This document shows, piece after piece, positions 12,371 to 25,500 of a stretch of DNA of 64,000 nucleotides. Below the pieces are notes generated by a model. The model did no database searches. It was not told the origin of the DNA and worked only from the letters and a program-made list of their open reading frames with translations. The stretch's first letter is position 1, and each line of letters begins with the position of its first letter. The stretch is from assembly GCF_048593235.1 (NCBI RefSeq), contig NC_133621.1:108739148-108803147 (forward strand), written 5' to 3'. Origin of the DNA: Sminthopsis crassicaudata. Its lineage: Eukaryota. The translations under genes and the position numbers were made by a program.

Positions 12371-15300
12371 TTGCATAACATAATATGAAATAATAGATTT
12401 TCTTCTTACATTTGGTTTTTCCTTAGTTAGCTGTTGGCTTGTACTAATCTGTGTCTTGTAGGTTTACTGGTCTACAATGCTAAAACAATAGGACTTTTCA
12501 TTTCAGATGCCTTTTTTACTCACAACAAAGAGAAACACGCTGATTACCTTGAGATATCTGGAGGCATAAGGATGTAGGTTAGTAAAGAGAGATTTAAGGC
12601 TGATCTCTCTGGTCCATAATTGCCGGAGGGCAGGCATACACCTGGGTTACAGCCTTCAAAGGGACAAGATGCATATATTACTCAGCCAGAAGACTGTTAT
12701 CGGGAGAAGGGAGAAATGATCTTTTGGCTATGGCAGAAGGAAGGGGAGCAACAAAGGCACCCTTCAGACCAGCTCTTGTTGCTCTTGGTTCAATGTGGGA
12801 ACAACCAGATCTGGTCCCGAACAGAACGTCTTGGTGACGTGAACAACATTGGCAGTTTTCTAGGAAAGTCAGGGGCCTGAATCAGGCATGTCTGATTTAG
12901 TTCCACCTTTTAGCATCATCAAAAGGAAACAACAACCAATTAACAAGATTGCATTGGACATGGACATTTCTAACATGGACACTTCTGGGGATAAAAAGAT
13001 GGGGATTATCAATCAAGGAGATGCATCATGCTTATAGCAGAGGCAACCATTGCCTAAGAGTCTTATGGATCTCAGTGAGGCTCAATGAGGCCCAAGAAAT
13101 CGGTGGTTTTTATTACTGCATAGACGGAATTCTTTTGAGGAGTTGTGAGTCTTAATGCAAAGGCTCTGCAATGCTCCAAGAGTAACATCTGGAGGAATAT
13201 TCCCTTTTCCATCTGGACTTTGGGCTGAACATAGTCCATGACACTGGTAAAACATCTTTAGTGAGAACACATCTTCTGTATATGTCAAAATCTGTATATG
13301 TAAATATGTCATGGTTATGAGGAGGAGGAAAATGAGAAGGATGATGATGATGACACATAGCAGCTTAAGGTTTACCAGATACTTTTAAAACATTATTTCT
13401 TTTGATCTTCACAACAAGACTGTGAGTAAGTACTATATTATCCCTATTTTACTGACAAGAAAATAATTTAAATGATTTACCCAAGGTCAATCACAAAAGT
13501 AGCAAGGTTAGAAGGGCAGAATTTAAATTCAAGTATCTTTTGACTCAAAATTGAAAGCAACCATAACATGGAAGCCATATAATTGAGCTCCAGACTTAAT
13601 GCATTCCCTCTCTAACACTTCTATGAGGCAGGTCATTCAGTCTTTGAATACTTAAAAGAGTCATAAGGAACTTTAAATGTTTAGAAAGTTCTTAGTGGAA
13701 TCATTCTTTGGGACATGATTATACTCAAAATAATGAGTCTGGAGCAACCACATTCTTCTTGGGTTTGACAAATCCTGAGTATGCATAGTAATCATTTTCT
13801 ATGCCAAGGACATAGGTGCTAGGCACTGGGGACAGAAAAATAAAAAATAAGTTTGCCTTTACCCACAGAGTCTGGGTATGTGATTGGAGTAACCATTAAT
13901 TCAGACAGAGATAGTCTGCCTGTGTGTCCCCTGACCTAGGGACCTGCCTAGCATGGTGCGATCATGACAAATAGTGATATATGCCATTCTCATGATCATA
14001 ATAGTTTATGCTTACTTAACATTTCCTGGTTCACAATGCGTTTTAATGCGTTTTTCTTACATACTTTCTGAAGTTATTATCTCCATTTTACAAGTGAAGG
14101 TCAGGGAGATTATATGACTTGCTTAAAGTCATATAATCAGTAAATGACAAGAGTTTAGGTTCAAAACCAAGTCTTCTGCTTCCAAATCCCCATAATCATA
14201 TGACTAATGTTAAAATGGGATTTGAACTCAGCTCTTGAGATTCCAAGTCCAATGCTTTTTTCATCTTATCATAATTCCCTGCTCTGAAATCCAGTATTAC
14301 AGTCACAGTTCTATAGAATCTAAATAGTGTCTTTTTCTTGTGGAAAAATGCACTTTCAAGTTCCAACTTAACATGATAAAAATTGAGATCTATTTTCTAT
14401 GGTGATATTGGCAAATCTCTCTTTTTGCATTCTTCCTACTTGCCAGACTGGGGAAGGAGGATTCTTCCAACTCCAAGTTCCAGCGGGCCAAGGTTAAGGT
14501 TTGGCCGGGAGCTGTTGCTGGGCAAACCCGAGGAATACTTGTTTTGGTCGGTGTTGGCTGACTCACTGACACATCCTTCCTTTCCTTTTGCAGATGCCAG
14601 ACACTGGCCTCATAAAGAAAACAATGGCTGAACAGGGTTATTTTCTTTTCTGGGCCAATAGGACTTTTCCCAGCAACCCCCTCTCTTCTTCTGACATTCA
14701 TGCTCTCAAATTCACTTTTCTCTGTCCACATCCAGCTGGTAGTCACTGGCTGTGGTAGGACGAGCATTTCCTTGATGTAACTTTTTTCTTCCCACCACAA
14801 CATGGGAAGGTTTTGTCTCAACAATAAAGCAGCCCTTGGGATCTGACTGGTCTTAGCTTCCCTGATGAAGCCTCCCTCCTACCTCCTCAATCCCCAGCCA
14901 AGATGGGGCAGACTCTGGACAAAGCTGCCTCTGGGTTCTCATTGACTCCGGCTTTCCTAACATAGTTTCCTGATCATCTAGGGGCACAAAAAACCTCAGC
15001 CCATTGAGTCAGTGCTTCTCAGACTTAGTGGGTGCCTAAGATTGTGCCAATTGCTGTACCTGGCACCTCATGATCAGATGTGTTTCCAGATCAAGACAAG
15101 TAGAGGATATGTCCAGAGAATCTAAGTGCAACTATATCCTTATTGCATTCTCTTGCTTCTTTGTTAAATGTTTAATGACTTACAAGTGCTCCAAGCTCAT
15201 ATCTGAACTAAGAGGTAACTGGTATAGAATCACACCTCTAATACTGGCCTCCAGTATTTTCAAGAATTTCAATACCTGGCTCACAGTCTTCTTCTTCATC

Positions 15301-15409
15301 CCAATCCTTATCCTTATACTGAGGGACATCCACACACGTTGCTATTTCCTCAATCATTCTGGAGTCCAGATTCCTCAATTTCCTCAACTCCTGTGACCTA
15401 CAACTTCAT

Positions 15410-15790
15410 TCCACTGCTCTTTCACCCTCATCAAGAAGCTTCTTTATTCCTTTCACACTTAATTCCCCCTTACTTTCTGCCACCAGAGTGGTATCATCTG
15501 CATATCTGAGCTTATTGATATCTCTCCCAGCAACTTTAATTTTGGCTTTTAATTCATTCAGTCTAGCATTTCACATGATGTATATTCTGCACATAAGTTA
15601 AATAAACAAGCCGACAATTTACAGCCTTGTTGTACTCCTTTCTCAATCTTAAACCAATCAATTGTTTCATGTTTTGTGCTAATCGTTACTTCTGGATCTA
15701 TATATAGTTTCCACAGGAGGCAAGTAAAATCTGGCACTCCCAACATTTTGAGGACTTGCCACATTTTGTTGTGATCCACACAGTCAAAGA
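15410..15790 (-). mobile_element. RTE/BovB-type LINE reverse-transcriptase fragment
   Basis: DHNKMWQVLKMLGVPD-FTCLL...TIDWFKIEKGVQQGCKLSACLFNLCAEY, then IKVAGRDINKLRYADDTTLVAES (YADD codons at 15493-15504). Confidence 0.9.
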
Positions 15791-16221
15791 GGGATTCTCT
15801 ATAGACTGGGAATGCCTCAAAATACTCCTCTCTGCAAGTAACATCTGGCTTCTGAAATTAAGATTTACAATAACTCAAAGCATTTTAGCCTAACAACTAA
15901 CATGTAAAGATCCCTATTGTCCAGCCTCTGATACAGTTTAAGGGACAAACTACTTGGACTGATTCAGCACATATCTCTTGGACAGTTACTACAGATAGAA
16001 AGAAAAATAATGGGTTGTATTACCTTTGAGAAATTGAACAAGGCTTTGGATTTCCTCAAGTTTCTCTTGAGACAAGGATTATATTTAAAAAATATTCTTC
16101 TGGTGATACTACATGGTTATGAATTACAGAATATCAGAGCCTGAAGAAATATAAGACACAGAACATTCAATGTTCGATAGAAAAGTTCATACTGGGCATG
16201 AATAGACAATGACAAATTACA

Positions 16222-16522
16222 TGTAAGAAATGGTGTAGGAAGGTGGAGTCAAGATGGTGGAGTAAAGGTAGGAACTTGCCTGACCTCTTCCCTGAACCTC
16301 TCTAAATTCCTTTAAATCATGACTCTAAACAAATTTTAGAGCATCAGAACACTCAAAAAGACTAAGTAGAATATTTTCCAGCCAAAAGCAACCTAGAAGA
16401 CCAGTAGGAAAGGTCTCTGGCACCAAAGTGGGAGTCTAGCATGCAGTCCCAGTGCTGACCATGCTGGCACAACCCTGGCCCTGGCCCTGGCCTCAGCCCC
16501 AGCCTGGCCTCAGCCCCAGCCC
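16222..16522 (+). mobile_element. L1 5'UTR fragment of an older marsupial subfamily, ending in cctggc/cctcagc repeats
   Basis: ggtggagtcaagatggtggagtaaagg...atgactctaaacaaattttagagcatcagaac resembles the L1 5' end. Confidence 0.55.
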
Positions 16523-17188
16523 TATTCAATATGTATATGTATTGTCAAGCGAAATAAATTTCCACATTACCCATGTCCAAGAAAAAAAAAAGGAAAAGAA
16601 AAAGAAAAAAAAAAAGAAAAGAGAATATACTTCATTCAAAAGCATCTCAAAGTCAATATGACAAAGAGAAAATTCATTATCTTTTCTCCTAAATGCTTCC
16701 CTCCTTCCAAACATTTTTATTTCTATAAATGGTACCATTATTGTCTCATGGATTCACAAGTTGTGTCATGACTGACTTATTCTTCTTCTTCATATCCTGT
16801 CGCCACTCAACTGCCAAGTCTTGTGATTTTTTGTCCACATCTCTTGTATCCAATCCCCTTTTGTCCACTAATATAGCTACCATCATAGGGCAGATACTCA
16901 TCACTTCTAGTCTGCTATATTGCAAGAGCAGTAAATGAATTACCTGTCTCAAGTTCTCCTCTCTAATCCATAAAATTGTTAAATTGGTTTTCATAAAGTA
17001 CAGTTCTGACCATGTTACTCTCTTGAAATTCTAGTGGCTTCTGGAATCAAATACAAACACTTCTTTTTCACATTTAAAATGCTTCATAATCTGTCTTTAT
17101 TTTATATACTTTTCTAGATTTATTATACATTATTCCCCTTCCTACAGTTTATGATCCCCTTAATTTGGCTGTTTTTTCCCTTCACATA

Positions 17189-18239
17189 TGTAGCAGCCTG
17201 TTTAGCCTAAGTACTCCCATTTTAAAAATTGTCCACTCTTTTACATCCAGGAAATTATTAACCAACCATGGAAGAGGCTTAATTTAATTGACCCTCAGGT
17301 AACCATTAAGTGCCTGCCATCATTTTAATAACTGCCTGTTCTCTTTCCTTCTATAACTGTAAAATATCCAAATTTAGCTTGGACCTAACAGTTACTTTGT
17401 TCTCTTGTACATACAATTTTCCCTTTCCTTTTTGTAGTATGACAATATATCTTAAGCCACTGAAATTGTCTTCTAAAGAGATGGGTTACTCAGTTTGCAA
17501 ATGATTTATTTATTTGTTTTTCTTTCTTTTTTTTTTATTATAGCTTTTTATTGACAGAACATATGCATGGGTAATTTTTAAACACTGATCCTTGCACTCA
17601 CTTCTGTTCCATCTTTGCCCTTCCTTCTCTCCACCCCCACCCCTAGATGGCAGGCAGTATCATACATGTTAAACATGTTAAAGTATATCTTAAATACAAT
17701 ATGTGTACATATTTATACAGTTCTCTTGTTGCACAAGAAAAATCGGACTTAGAAAGAAGGTAAAAATAACCTGGGAAGAAAAATGCAAGCAAACAACAAC
17801 AGAAAGAGGGTAAAATGCTATGTTGTGGTCCACACTCATTTCCCAGTGTTCTTTCACTGAGTGTAACTGGCTCTGTTCATCACTGATCAAATGGAATTGA
17901 ATTGGATCCTCTCATTGCCAAAGAGAGCCTCGTCCATCAGAATCGATCCTTATATAGTATTGCAGTTGCTGTGTATAATGATTTCCTGGTTCTGCTCATT
18001 TCACTCAGCATCAGTTCATGTAAGTCTTTCCAAGCCTCTCTGTATTCTTCCTGTGAGTCATTTCTTACAGAAATATTCCATAACATTCACATATCATAAT
18101 TTACCCAGCCATTCTCCAATTGATGGGCATCATTCAATTTCCAGTTTCTAGCCACTACAAAGAGGCCTCTGGCAAATATTTAATAAAACCTAGAGCAACC
18201 TGACTTACCGATCAGAGAAGTAGTCTTTCTTTTGCAACA
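17189..18239. mobile_element. Putative old solo LTR of about 390 bp, interrupted by L1
   Basis: Begins TG at 17189, has AATAAA at 18182-18187 and ends CA at 18239. Flanks cata/catc are an imperfect TSD. Family not recognised. Confidence 0.4.
17508..18166 (-). mobile_element. Dasyurid-type L1 3' end, 5'-truncated
   Basis: T-rich tail then tttattgacagaacatatgcatgggtaa...ccctagatggcaggcag...ccagtttctagccactacaaa. Possible TSD gcaaatgattt/gcaaatattt. Confidence 0.92.
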
Positions 18240-18489
18240 CATCCATGACATACACCTCCTCTCTTTCTGAATTTGCAAGGCTGTCTCCAATGCCTAGAAC
18301 ACAGTTCTTAAAATTCCTAGCTTTCTTCAAAGCTTAGCTCAAAGCGTTATGCTCCCCACAAGAGCTTCCCAGATTTTCCAATTGTTAATGCTTTCTCCTC
18401 CTTGAAAATTACTTCATATTTACTTTGTATACATTAAATAACTCCTTATTAGTCAAAATGTTGTTTCTCCAAAAAAGTATAAGCTCCTC

Positions 18490-19690
18490 AATCAAACAAG
18501 TGTTTATTTAAATGCCTGTTATATATTTATTAGCCCCTGTGCCATGCCTTGACAAAAACAAAATAGTTCTTGCTCAAGAAGTCTTACATTCAATTGGGAA
18601 AAAAACCCCAAAACAAATGTAGAATAAGTAAAAAATAAAAATCAGACTTCTTAGGAAAGAAGGGTGTGGCTTTGGTGGAGGGAAGAAGCAGAAAAGATTT
18701 AATGTAGGAAGTACTTCTTGAGCTGTATTCTGAAGAAAGTGAGTCCATGAGGTAAAATGAGAAAGGAAAGCAAATGAGGAATGGAGCAGCCATTGAAAAA
18801 GAAGGAAATGAAATGAAAAAGATCGTTAAAACAAAGGTCACAGATGAAATCACCAAGTCAGAAAGTATATGAAAGAAAAGAAAAGAGCTCCTGAAAGATC
18901 CCTGAGTTATATCCACAATTAAGATATGACACAAAAAATGAGCCATTGAAAAGAGCTTCAGCAGGAGTGTTTGAAAGGTATGAAGAGAACCATGAAAAAG
19001 CAGGGTCACAAAAACCCAGAAAAGAATGACTATACAAATGCTGAAGAGGAACTGGGCAAAAAGGATGAAGACTGAGAAAAGACACTTAGTTTGGCAATTA
19101 AGTTTGGCAATTAAGAGATCACTAGTAATTTTGCAGAGAGAAGTTTCGATTGTGATAATTTTAGAAGTCAGACTGCAAAGGACTGAGAAGTGAATGAGAG
19201 GAAGAGAAAGTAGAAGCAACGTTGATAGATGTTTTCCCTCCCTAGGAAGCTGGCTATGAAAGGGGAAAAAAATATGGATCACAGCTTGATGAGATAGTAG
19301 GTCAAATGAGCATTTTATTTACAAATGGGGGAGACTTGCATGTCTTTCTAGGAGGCAAGGAGGGAACAAGCAAACGGAGAAAAATGAGATTACAGAAATA
19401 GAGAGGGGACCATTGTAGGGACAATCTCCAGAATGAGCTGGAAAGTTATACTTTCGAGAGTATCTAAAAAAAGTATGACCTTAAATTAGAAGAAGGATTA
19501 CCTTTTCAGAGATAAAGAAAAGTAAGATTTATGACAGCCTTTAAATTTTTAGTAAAATATGAGGTGAAGTCCTTAGCTGAGAAGATAGACAGAAGCAAGA
19601 GTATGAGAGGTATAAAGAAAAGAAAAACAATTTGGAACAGCCAATGGGGGCTGAGGTGCATAGAAAATTAGTTAAGGAAGAGTAAAAAGA
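18490..19690 (-). mobile_element. L2 LINE fragment including decayed RT
   Basis: The 230-aa ORF contains ETSLCKITSDLLIAK...LFSVFILF, matching L2 RT (STETALxKVTNDLLIAKSNGLFSVLILLDLSAAFD). L2 3' end near 18490. Confidence 0.8.
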
Positions 19691-20264
19691 TTGTCTTATA
19701 CCTGTCTCCCGTTTATCCAGTATTTATCATATATTTAAATCAACCTTTAGGCTGGAAGGAAATGGAGAGTAGGGCTAAAAGATAAATGGAACCTGAGAAG
19801 GTTCTTGCTTCTAAGGAAACTTCTGGGAAAACTAATATGAGAACAAGTTTGCAATGAAAGTATTTTTAGAAAGACAGCATGGCACAGTAGATAGATAAAT
19901 GGACCCAGGACCAGGGAGATGTAGATTCAGGAGGTTATGCTATGACATATACTGGCATGGAGGTGATGGTGAGCAAATGATAGCCCACCGGCTAAAAATA
20001 TAAAAACCATTTAGAGTCTCAGGGTCAATGCAGGTCAGAAATTGTTATTTCCTGCTCTAGGAAATACTCTTAAGACTATGAGATGAGGGAAGATGCTGTC
20101 TCACATTAGTAGATGATGTTTTTTCACATGGTAGCTCAATCTACCAATGTAATAAAAAGTCTGGTCTCTATCCCATTAACATTAGATTTATCCTCACAAC
20201 AACTATGCAATATTATGTGCTCACTTTACAGATGAGATACTGAGTCTGAGAATTTCAGTGGCAA

Positions 20265-22016
20265 AAAGTTTGTAAGTGAATTCTACCAAACATTTAAAGA
20301 ACAATTAATTCCAATATTATATAAACTATTTGGAAAAATAGATGAAGGAATCCTACTATATTCTTTTTAGGACCCAGATAGAATGCTGATTCCTAAACCA
20401 GGAAGAGCCCCAACAGAGAAGGAAAATTATATACCAATTTCCCTAATAAATACTGATGCAAAAATTTTAAATAAAGTAGTAGCAATTTATCACCAAGATA
20501 ATATACTATGACCAAGTAGAATTTATATCAGGAATGCAGGGCTGGTTCAAAATCAGGAAAACTATTAACATAATTGATCAGGTCAATAACAAAACTAACA
20601 GAAATAATATAATTATTTTAAATGGTACAGAAAAAAAAAACATTTAATAAAATACAGCATCCATTCCTAATAAAAGTACTAGAGAGCATAGGAATAAATG
20701 GAGTTTTCCTTAAAATTATAAATTGCATCTATCTATATGTAATGGGGATATATAATGGGGATAAGTTAGAAGTATTCCCAATAAGATCAGGAGTGAAACA
20801 AGGATGTCCATTATCATCTCTATTATTCAATACTGTATTAGAAATGTTAGCTTTATCAATAAGAGAAGAAAAAGAATGGTAAGGAATTAGAGTAGGCAAT
20901 GAGGAAACAAAATAAGCACTTTTTGCAGATTATAAATTTAGAGAATCAACTTAATGATTAAAAACTTCAACAAAGTTTCAGGTTTATCTTATATCCCACA
21001 TAAACCTTATATACCACATAAATCATCAGCATTTCTACATATTACCAACAAAGTCCAGTAGCAAGAGGTAGATATGATTTAAAGATTACCGATTCTCCAA
21101 CTGGTAAATGGTCAAAGGATATGAACAGATAATTTTCAGATGAATTAATCAAAGCTATCAATAGTAATATGAAAAAGTGCTCTAAATCACTATGGATTAG
21201 AGAAATACAAATTAAAACAGCAAATTAAAACCACTTCCCAACTCTCCCTGGCTAAGATGACAGGAAAAAAATGATAAATGTTGAAGGGGATGTGGGAAAA
21301 CTGGAATCCTAATGCATTGTTGATGAAGTTGTAAAATGATCCAACCATTCTGGAGAGCAATTTGTAACTATACCCAAAGAACTATAAAACTCTGTATACC
21401 CTTTGATTCAGCTATGCCAACAAAGAGATCACAAAAGAAGGAAAAAGACCCACATGTACAGAAATGTTCGTGGCAGCCCTTTATGTAGTGGCAAGAAACT
21501 GGAAACTGAGTGGATGCCCATCAGTCAAGGAATGGCCGAATAAATTATATGAAGGTAATGGAATATTACTGGTTCTATAAGAAATGATGAGCAGGCTAAT
21601 TTCAGAAAAACCTGGAAAGATATATGTAAACTGATGCTGAGTAAGTGAGCAAAAGCAAGAAAACATTATATGCAGTAATAACAAAATTATGTGATGATCA
21701 ACTGGGACAGACTTGGCTTTTTTCAATAATAAGGTGATTGAAGGCAATTCCAACAAACTTACGATAGAAAATGACTTCTGCATTCAGAGAGAGATTGAAT
21801 ACAGATTGAAGCATACTATTTTCACTTTTTTTGTTTGTTTGTTCCTTGTGGTTTTTCCTTTTTGTTCTAATATTTCTTTTACTATATGACTAATATGGAA
21901 ATATTTTTTAAATGATTGTCCATATAGGCTACATCAGATTGCTTGTTGTCTTGGGGAGAGGGGAGAAAAGGAAGAAAAATTGAATTCATTATCTTATAAA
22001 AATGAATGTTGAAAAC

Positions 22017-22078
<62 letters not shown>

Positions 22079-22112
22079 ATTGGGAAAAATACTACTGAAA
22101 TTAAAAAAAATA
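20265..22112 (+). mobile_element. Internally deleted, decayed L1 (ORF2 RT to 3'UTR)
   Basis: ORF 20622-20882 FNKIQHPFLIKVLESIGINGVFLKII...SGVKQGCPLSSLLFNTVLEMLA, with stops and frameshifts. 3'UTR and A-rich tail near 22100. Confidence 0.92.
22017..22077. repeat. Interrupted (TA)n microsatellite in the L1 3' end
   Basis: Read directly from the sequence. Confidence 0.95.
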
Positions 22113-22296
22113 AATATACTTAATTAGCAGTAGGGGAAAAAAAGGTTATTAAGTGAGTGGAGAAAGTTCTGAACTCTGGTCTTCCTACCTCCAAATCCAG
22201 CACTCTATCTATGTATTATATTTTATCTAGCAAAGGAAATAGGGTAAGTCGGGAAGCAGAATAGTGGAAAGATGGGTCGTAAGCCTGACTTCCACT

Positions 22297-22540
22297 CTTG
22301 AGTGTTCAATCATTATTTCCAGTCATGTCTGACTATGACCCAATGGACCATATCATGCCAATACTGGATTGGCAAAGATACTGGAGTATTTTGCCATTTC
22401 CTTTTCCAGTGGATTAAGGGAACCAGAGATTAAGTGGCTTGTCCAGTGTTCATAGTTAAGTGTCTAAGATCAGAACTGAACTCTGGTCTTCTTGATTCCA
22501 GGCCCAGTGCTCCACCCTCTGAGCAACTTAACTGCCTCTA
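22297..22540 (-). mobile_element. MAR1/RTE-tailed SINE
   Basis: ttccagtcatgtctgact...gcaaagatactggagt...ccatttccttttccagtggattaaggg...ctgagcaacttaactgcctct. Confidence 0.7.
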
Positions 22541-25500
22541 TTAGGACCGGTAGTCAGAGATAACAGATTACTCAGATTTCTACATACCCAGCTCTAATAG
22601 AGTCCTCAGTGATCTAAATATAGAGGATTCTATTTCCTACTTGTTTAAACATGCATTTCCACTAAGGGAATGGTTCCTACTTTGAGGCTGTTGGACTTCC
22701 TAGGCCTGGACTTCTGAAGTCTTTTCTAGAGCTCATGAAGCCTTAATCATATAGCTCAGGGACTTTCCAGAAGAACCCAGAGAGTTTTAGTAGGAGACAC
22801 TTGCTAGTCCCTGGATGTTAGTGTGTCCCACTGCATAAAGGTGTCTCATTACTGTCTAGGAAGGGAAACAACTAGGTAGTTTGGAGGACAGAAAGGCAGA
22901 AAATAGAAGAGATGTAAAGAGGTTGAAAGGTACAGCGAGTACAAGAATGACTTTTTTGAAGTGACTTCTCCTAAGTATTTCATGTTCCCGGTCCTCCTAC
23001 TTTATTGCTCTCTAAGAATTTACAACTACCTAGCTTACATATTCAAAGGGCTTTAAAGCTAGAAGGGACCCTAGACACAACTTGATTCAAATCACTCCTT
23101 TTTACAGATGAGAAAATTAAAGTCCAAGAAGATTAAGTAACATGCTAAAAGTCATACAGGTATTTAGTGGTGGTAGAATGGGAAACTAGAACTCAGGTCC
23201 CCAAGATCCCAGGTCTGGACTTCTTTTCATTATACCATGTGAGAAAAGCTTGTTATTCTAACAACATTTAACTGACAGTGTGTAGTGATTTCCTGAAGAG
23301 TGTTGTGCACTCACACACACAGTATCTATAGTATCAAAACAGCAGTTGAGGATTTTACATCTATATTTCTATATACATATTAAAACTTAACACATCCTGA
23401 AATTAATAACGGTTTAAATCCTATTATGTGTTCACAACTTTCCCTGGCTGAAAAGTCTTGGCTCTCAGGGAAGAATTTGATTGCCACATCAGAGTCTGTG
23501 TGTTGAAATCCTACATCTGATGCGTGAAAGTTCAGCAATGCCAATCAGTATGGTGCAGATGCCACTCACTGAAATGTGCTCAGACAGTCCCCATCTGCCA
23601 GATATGCTAATGATTGCGTGAAATCAATACCTCACCTCCTTAACTCCATCTTCTCTACACCTGCTTTGGAATCTGCTGTCTTCCTCACCGAAGTCCCCAA
23701 AGGAGGTGGAACAGACCCACACTGTACTGGTCTGCTTTACTTCATAGAGCTGAAAGATGTATTCTGTGAAGGACAAGTGGCCTCTTGCTTTAGTTCCTTC
23801 TCTAACTTGGAGCTGCTCATCATTTCCAAATAATCACTCCGGAACTAAAGAAAACTAACATGGCAGGTAACAATATCCAGAGGGGAAAATCGGTATCTCT
23901 ATTCTTGGAACACAGACTGAAAGGAGGTGTCTTTTCCAGCATCTTTGGCTACAGCTTGAAATTAGGACTAGTAAAAAGCAGATGGTGGACTTGGGCTCGT
24001 GTTGGCATTTCATTACCTTTTCAATAAACTGCCTCACAGTGTGAGTGTTTACAGGGGGAACTGAAGGGAGGGGGGAACGACAGGGGAAGTGATGTTCCAA
24101 AGGCATGAACACAGGAATTAAATAGAACAAAGAAGATGAATTCTCTAAACCTTTTCTGAGGAGGACAAGAGCAGTTCATTTCTTAGCCACTCTCTGAAAG
24201 AGGCTTCCTATGCCCAATTTATTTATATCCAGAGATACCAAATTCAGGGCGACTTCTTTCTTTGGATATATTGCTACATCCCATCTAGCCTTCATCTACA
24301 TCCCAGGAACGTGGTGGGTGAATGAGAAACTACAGCTTCCTGTAGAAGAGACTTTCAAGGTTTGGGAAATTAGAATCTTCAGCTTTTTAATTTTTGAGGT
24401 TCCTGATGTCTTTTTACAATTCAAAGTATTTCAGAGAATAAGAACACTACTCTACTTACCCTCTGTGAAGAAATCATTTCAATTAATTTATGTTCAATGA
24501 AACTTTGTGGCACTCTGCTCAAGGTAACATAGTGACGGTGCAGAATCTTTAACTGAAAAGAGCTGATCAAAGCCACTTATTTTTTCCCTTTTGTTTCTAT
24601 CCTTCCTTATTCTTTATACATCTTCTATTTTTTTCTTTTTCTTTTTTTTTTACTGTGTACATACTGCTTATGGAGAGATAAATCCCTCTGCTTTGCCCCT
24701 GAATATTTTACAATGTTTTCTGTCAATCAATGTCCACACAATCCTACTCCGATGCCTCATAGTGTCATGGACATAATCCTGTATTTTCTATTTTGCCACA
24801 ACAGAAGTTCAGCGGCTGTTATGAGCCCCTTCTCACTGAGTGGCATGGAAGCACCGACCTATTCCATGTCTAAGCTGAGTTAGTGGGTTCTTCCTTAAGC
24901 GGCTTGCTGGCCCCCATTCCCAGGGGCTCAACCTGCTGGTGCTGGACTTAGCAGAGCTGCCCTAAGCACACGCTCCGGCCTCCTTGTACCTGATGTACAC
25001 CATGCTGGCCTACGCCTGCATTTTTGAGGGCTATCCCAGGAGGGCAGGCTGTTGTCACAGACAGGGATGGCAGCTCTGGAGTATTACCTCCACCCAAATC
25101 ACCAGTCCTGTTTCTAGTCCCGCTTTCCCAGACATCATGGGAGGAGATGGAGAAGGAACCCGTTTCATCCCTACCCCCTGACACCCACAGGAGGCGCAAC
25201 AGGAAGCAGCAGGTACCTGACAAGTCAAACCACCACCACTTGAACCATTTCTCTCATACCTGAAGGAGAAAGCCCAAGACTCTGAATCCAAGAACCCTGC
25301 ACAGGAATGCAGCCGCCCAGTAATTATGACCACCATCCAGGGAAGCAAGCCCTGAGGAATGGTGGTCTTACAATGGCTCTCCTGCTGCTACAGTCATAAC
25401 TCTTGAAGACTAAGAAGAAAGTTCTTATCACTAAAGTCTCTGACACCGTCAAATGTGTTGTCTTATTTTACGAGAGAGTTTTAAAGAGCTTTAAGAGACT

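Larger units (their letters stand above)
16780..18480 (+). mobile_element. L2 3' region split by nested insertions (L2 parts about 16780-17188 and 18240-18480)
   Basis: Collinear L2 motifs on both sides: tctgaccatgttactc...atcaaatacaaac and catgaca...gctgtctccaatgcctagaa...aagcttagctcaaa. Confidence 0.6.

Noticed and set aside
12430-13290. Unique-looking stretch suspected to be a retrocopy or ERV internal region
   Set aside because: Stops in the frames I read, no recognisable peptide, and no poly(A), TSD or LTR.
14390-14824. 144-aa minus-strand ORF
   Set aside because: TTG start, no homology recognised, and no convincing same-strand exon boundaries.
18590-19282. Longest ORF in the track (230 aa, hydrophobic, membrane-protein-like)
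   Set aside because: It is a decayed L2 RT region (ETSLCKITSDLLIAK motif). The hydrophobicity comes from pyrimidine-rich composition, not a gene.
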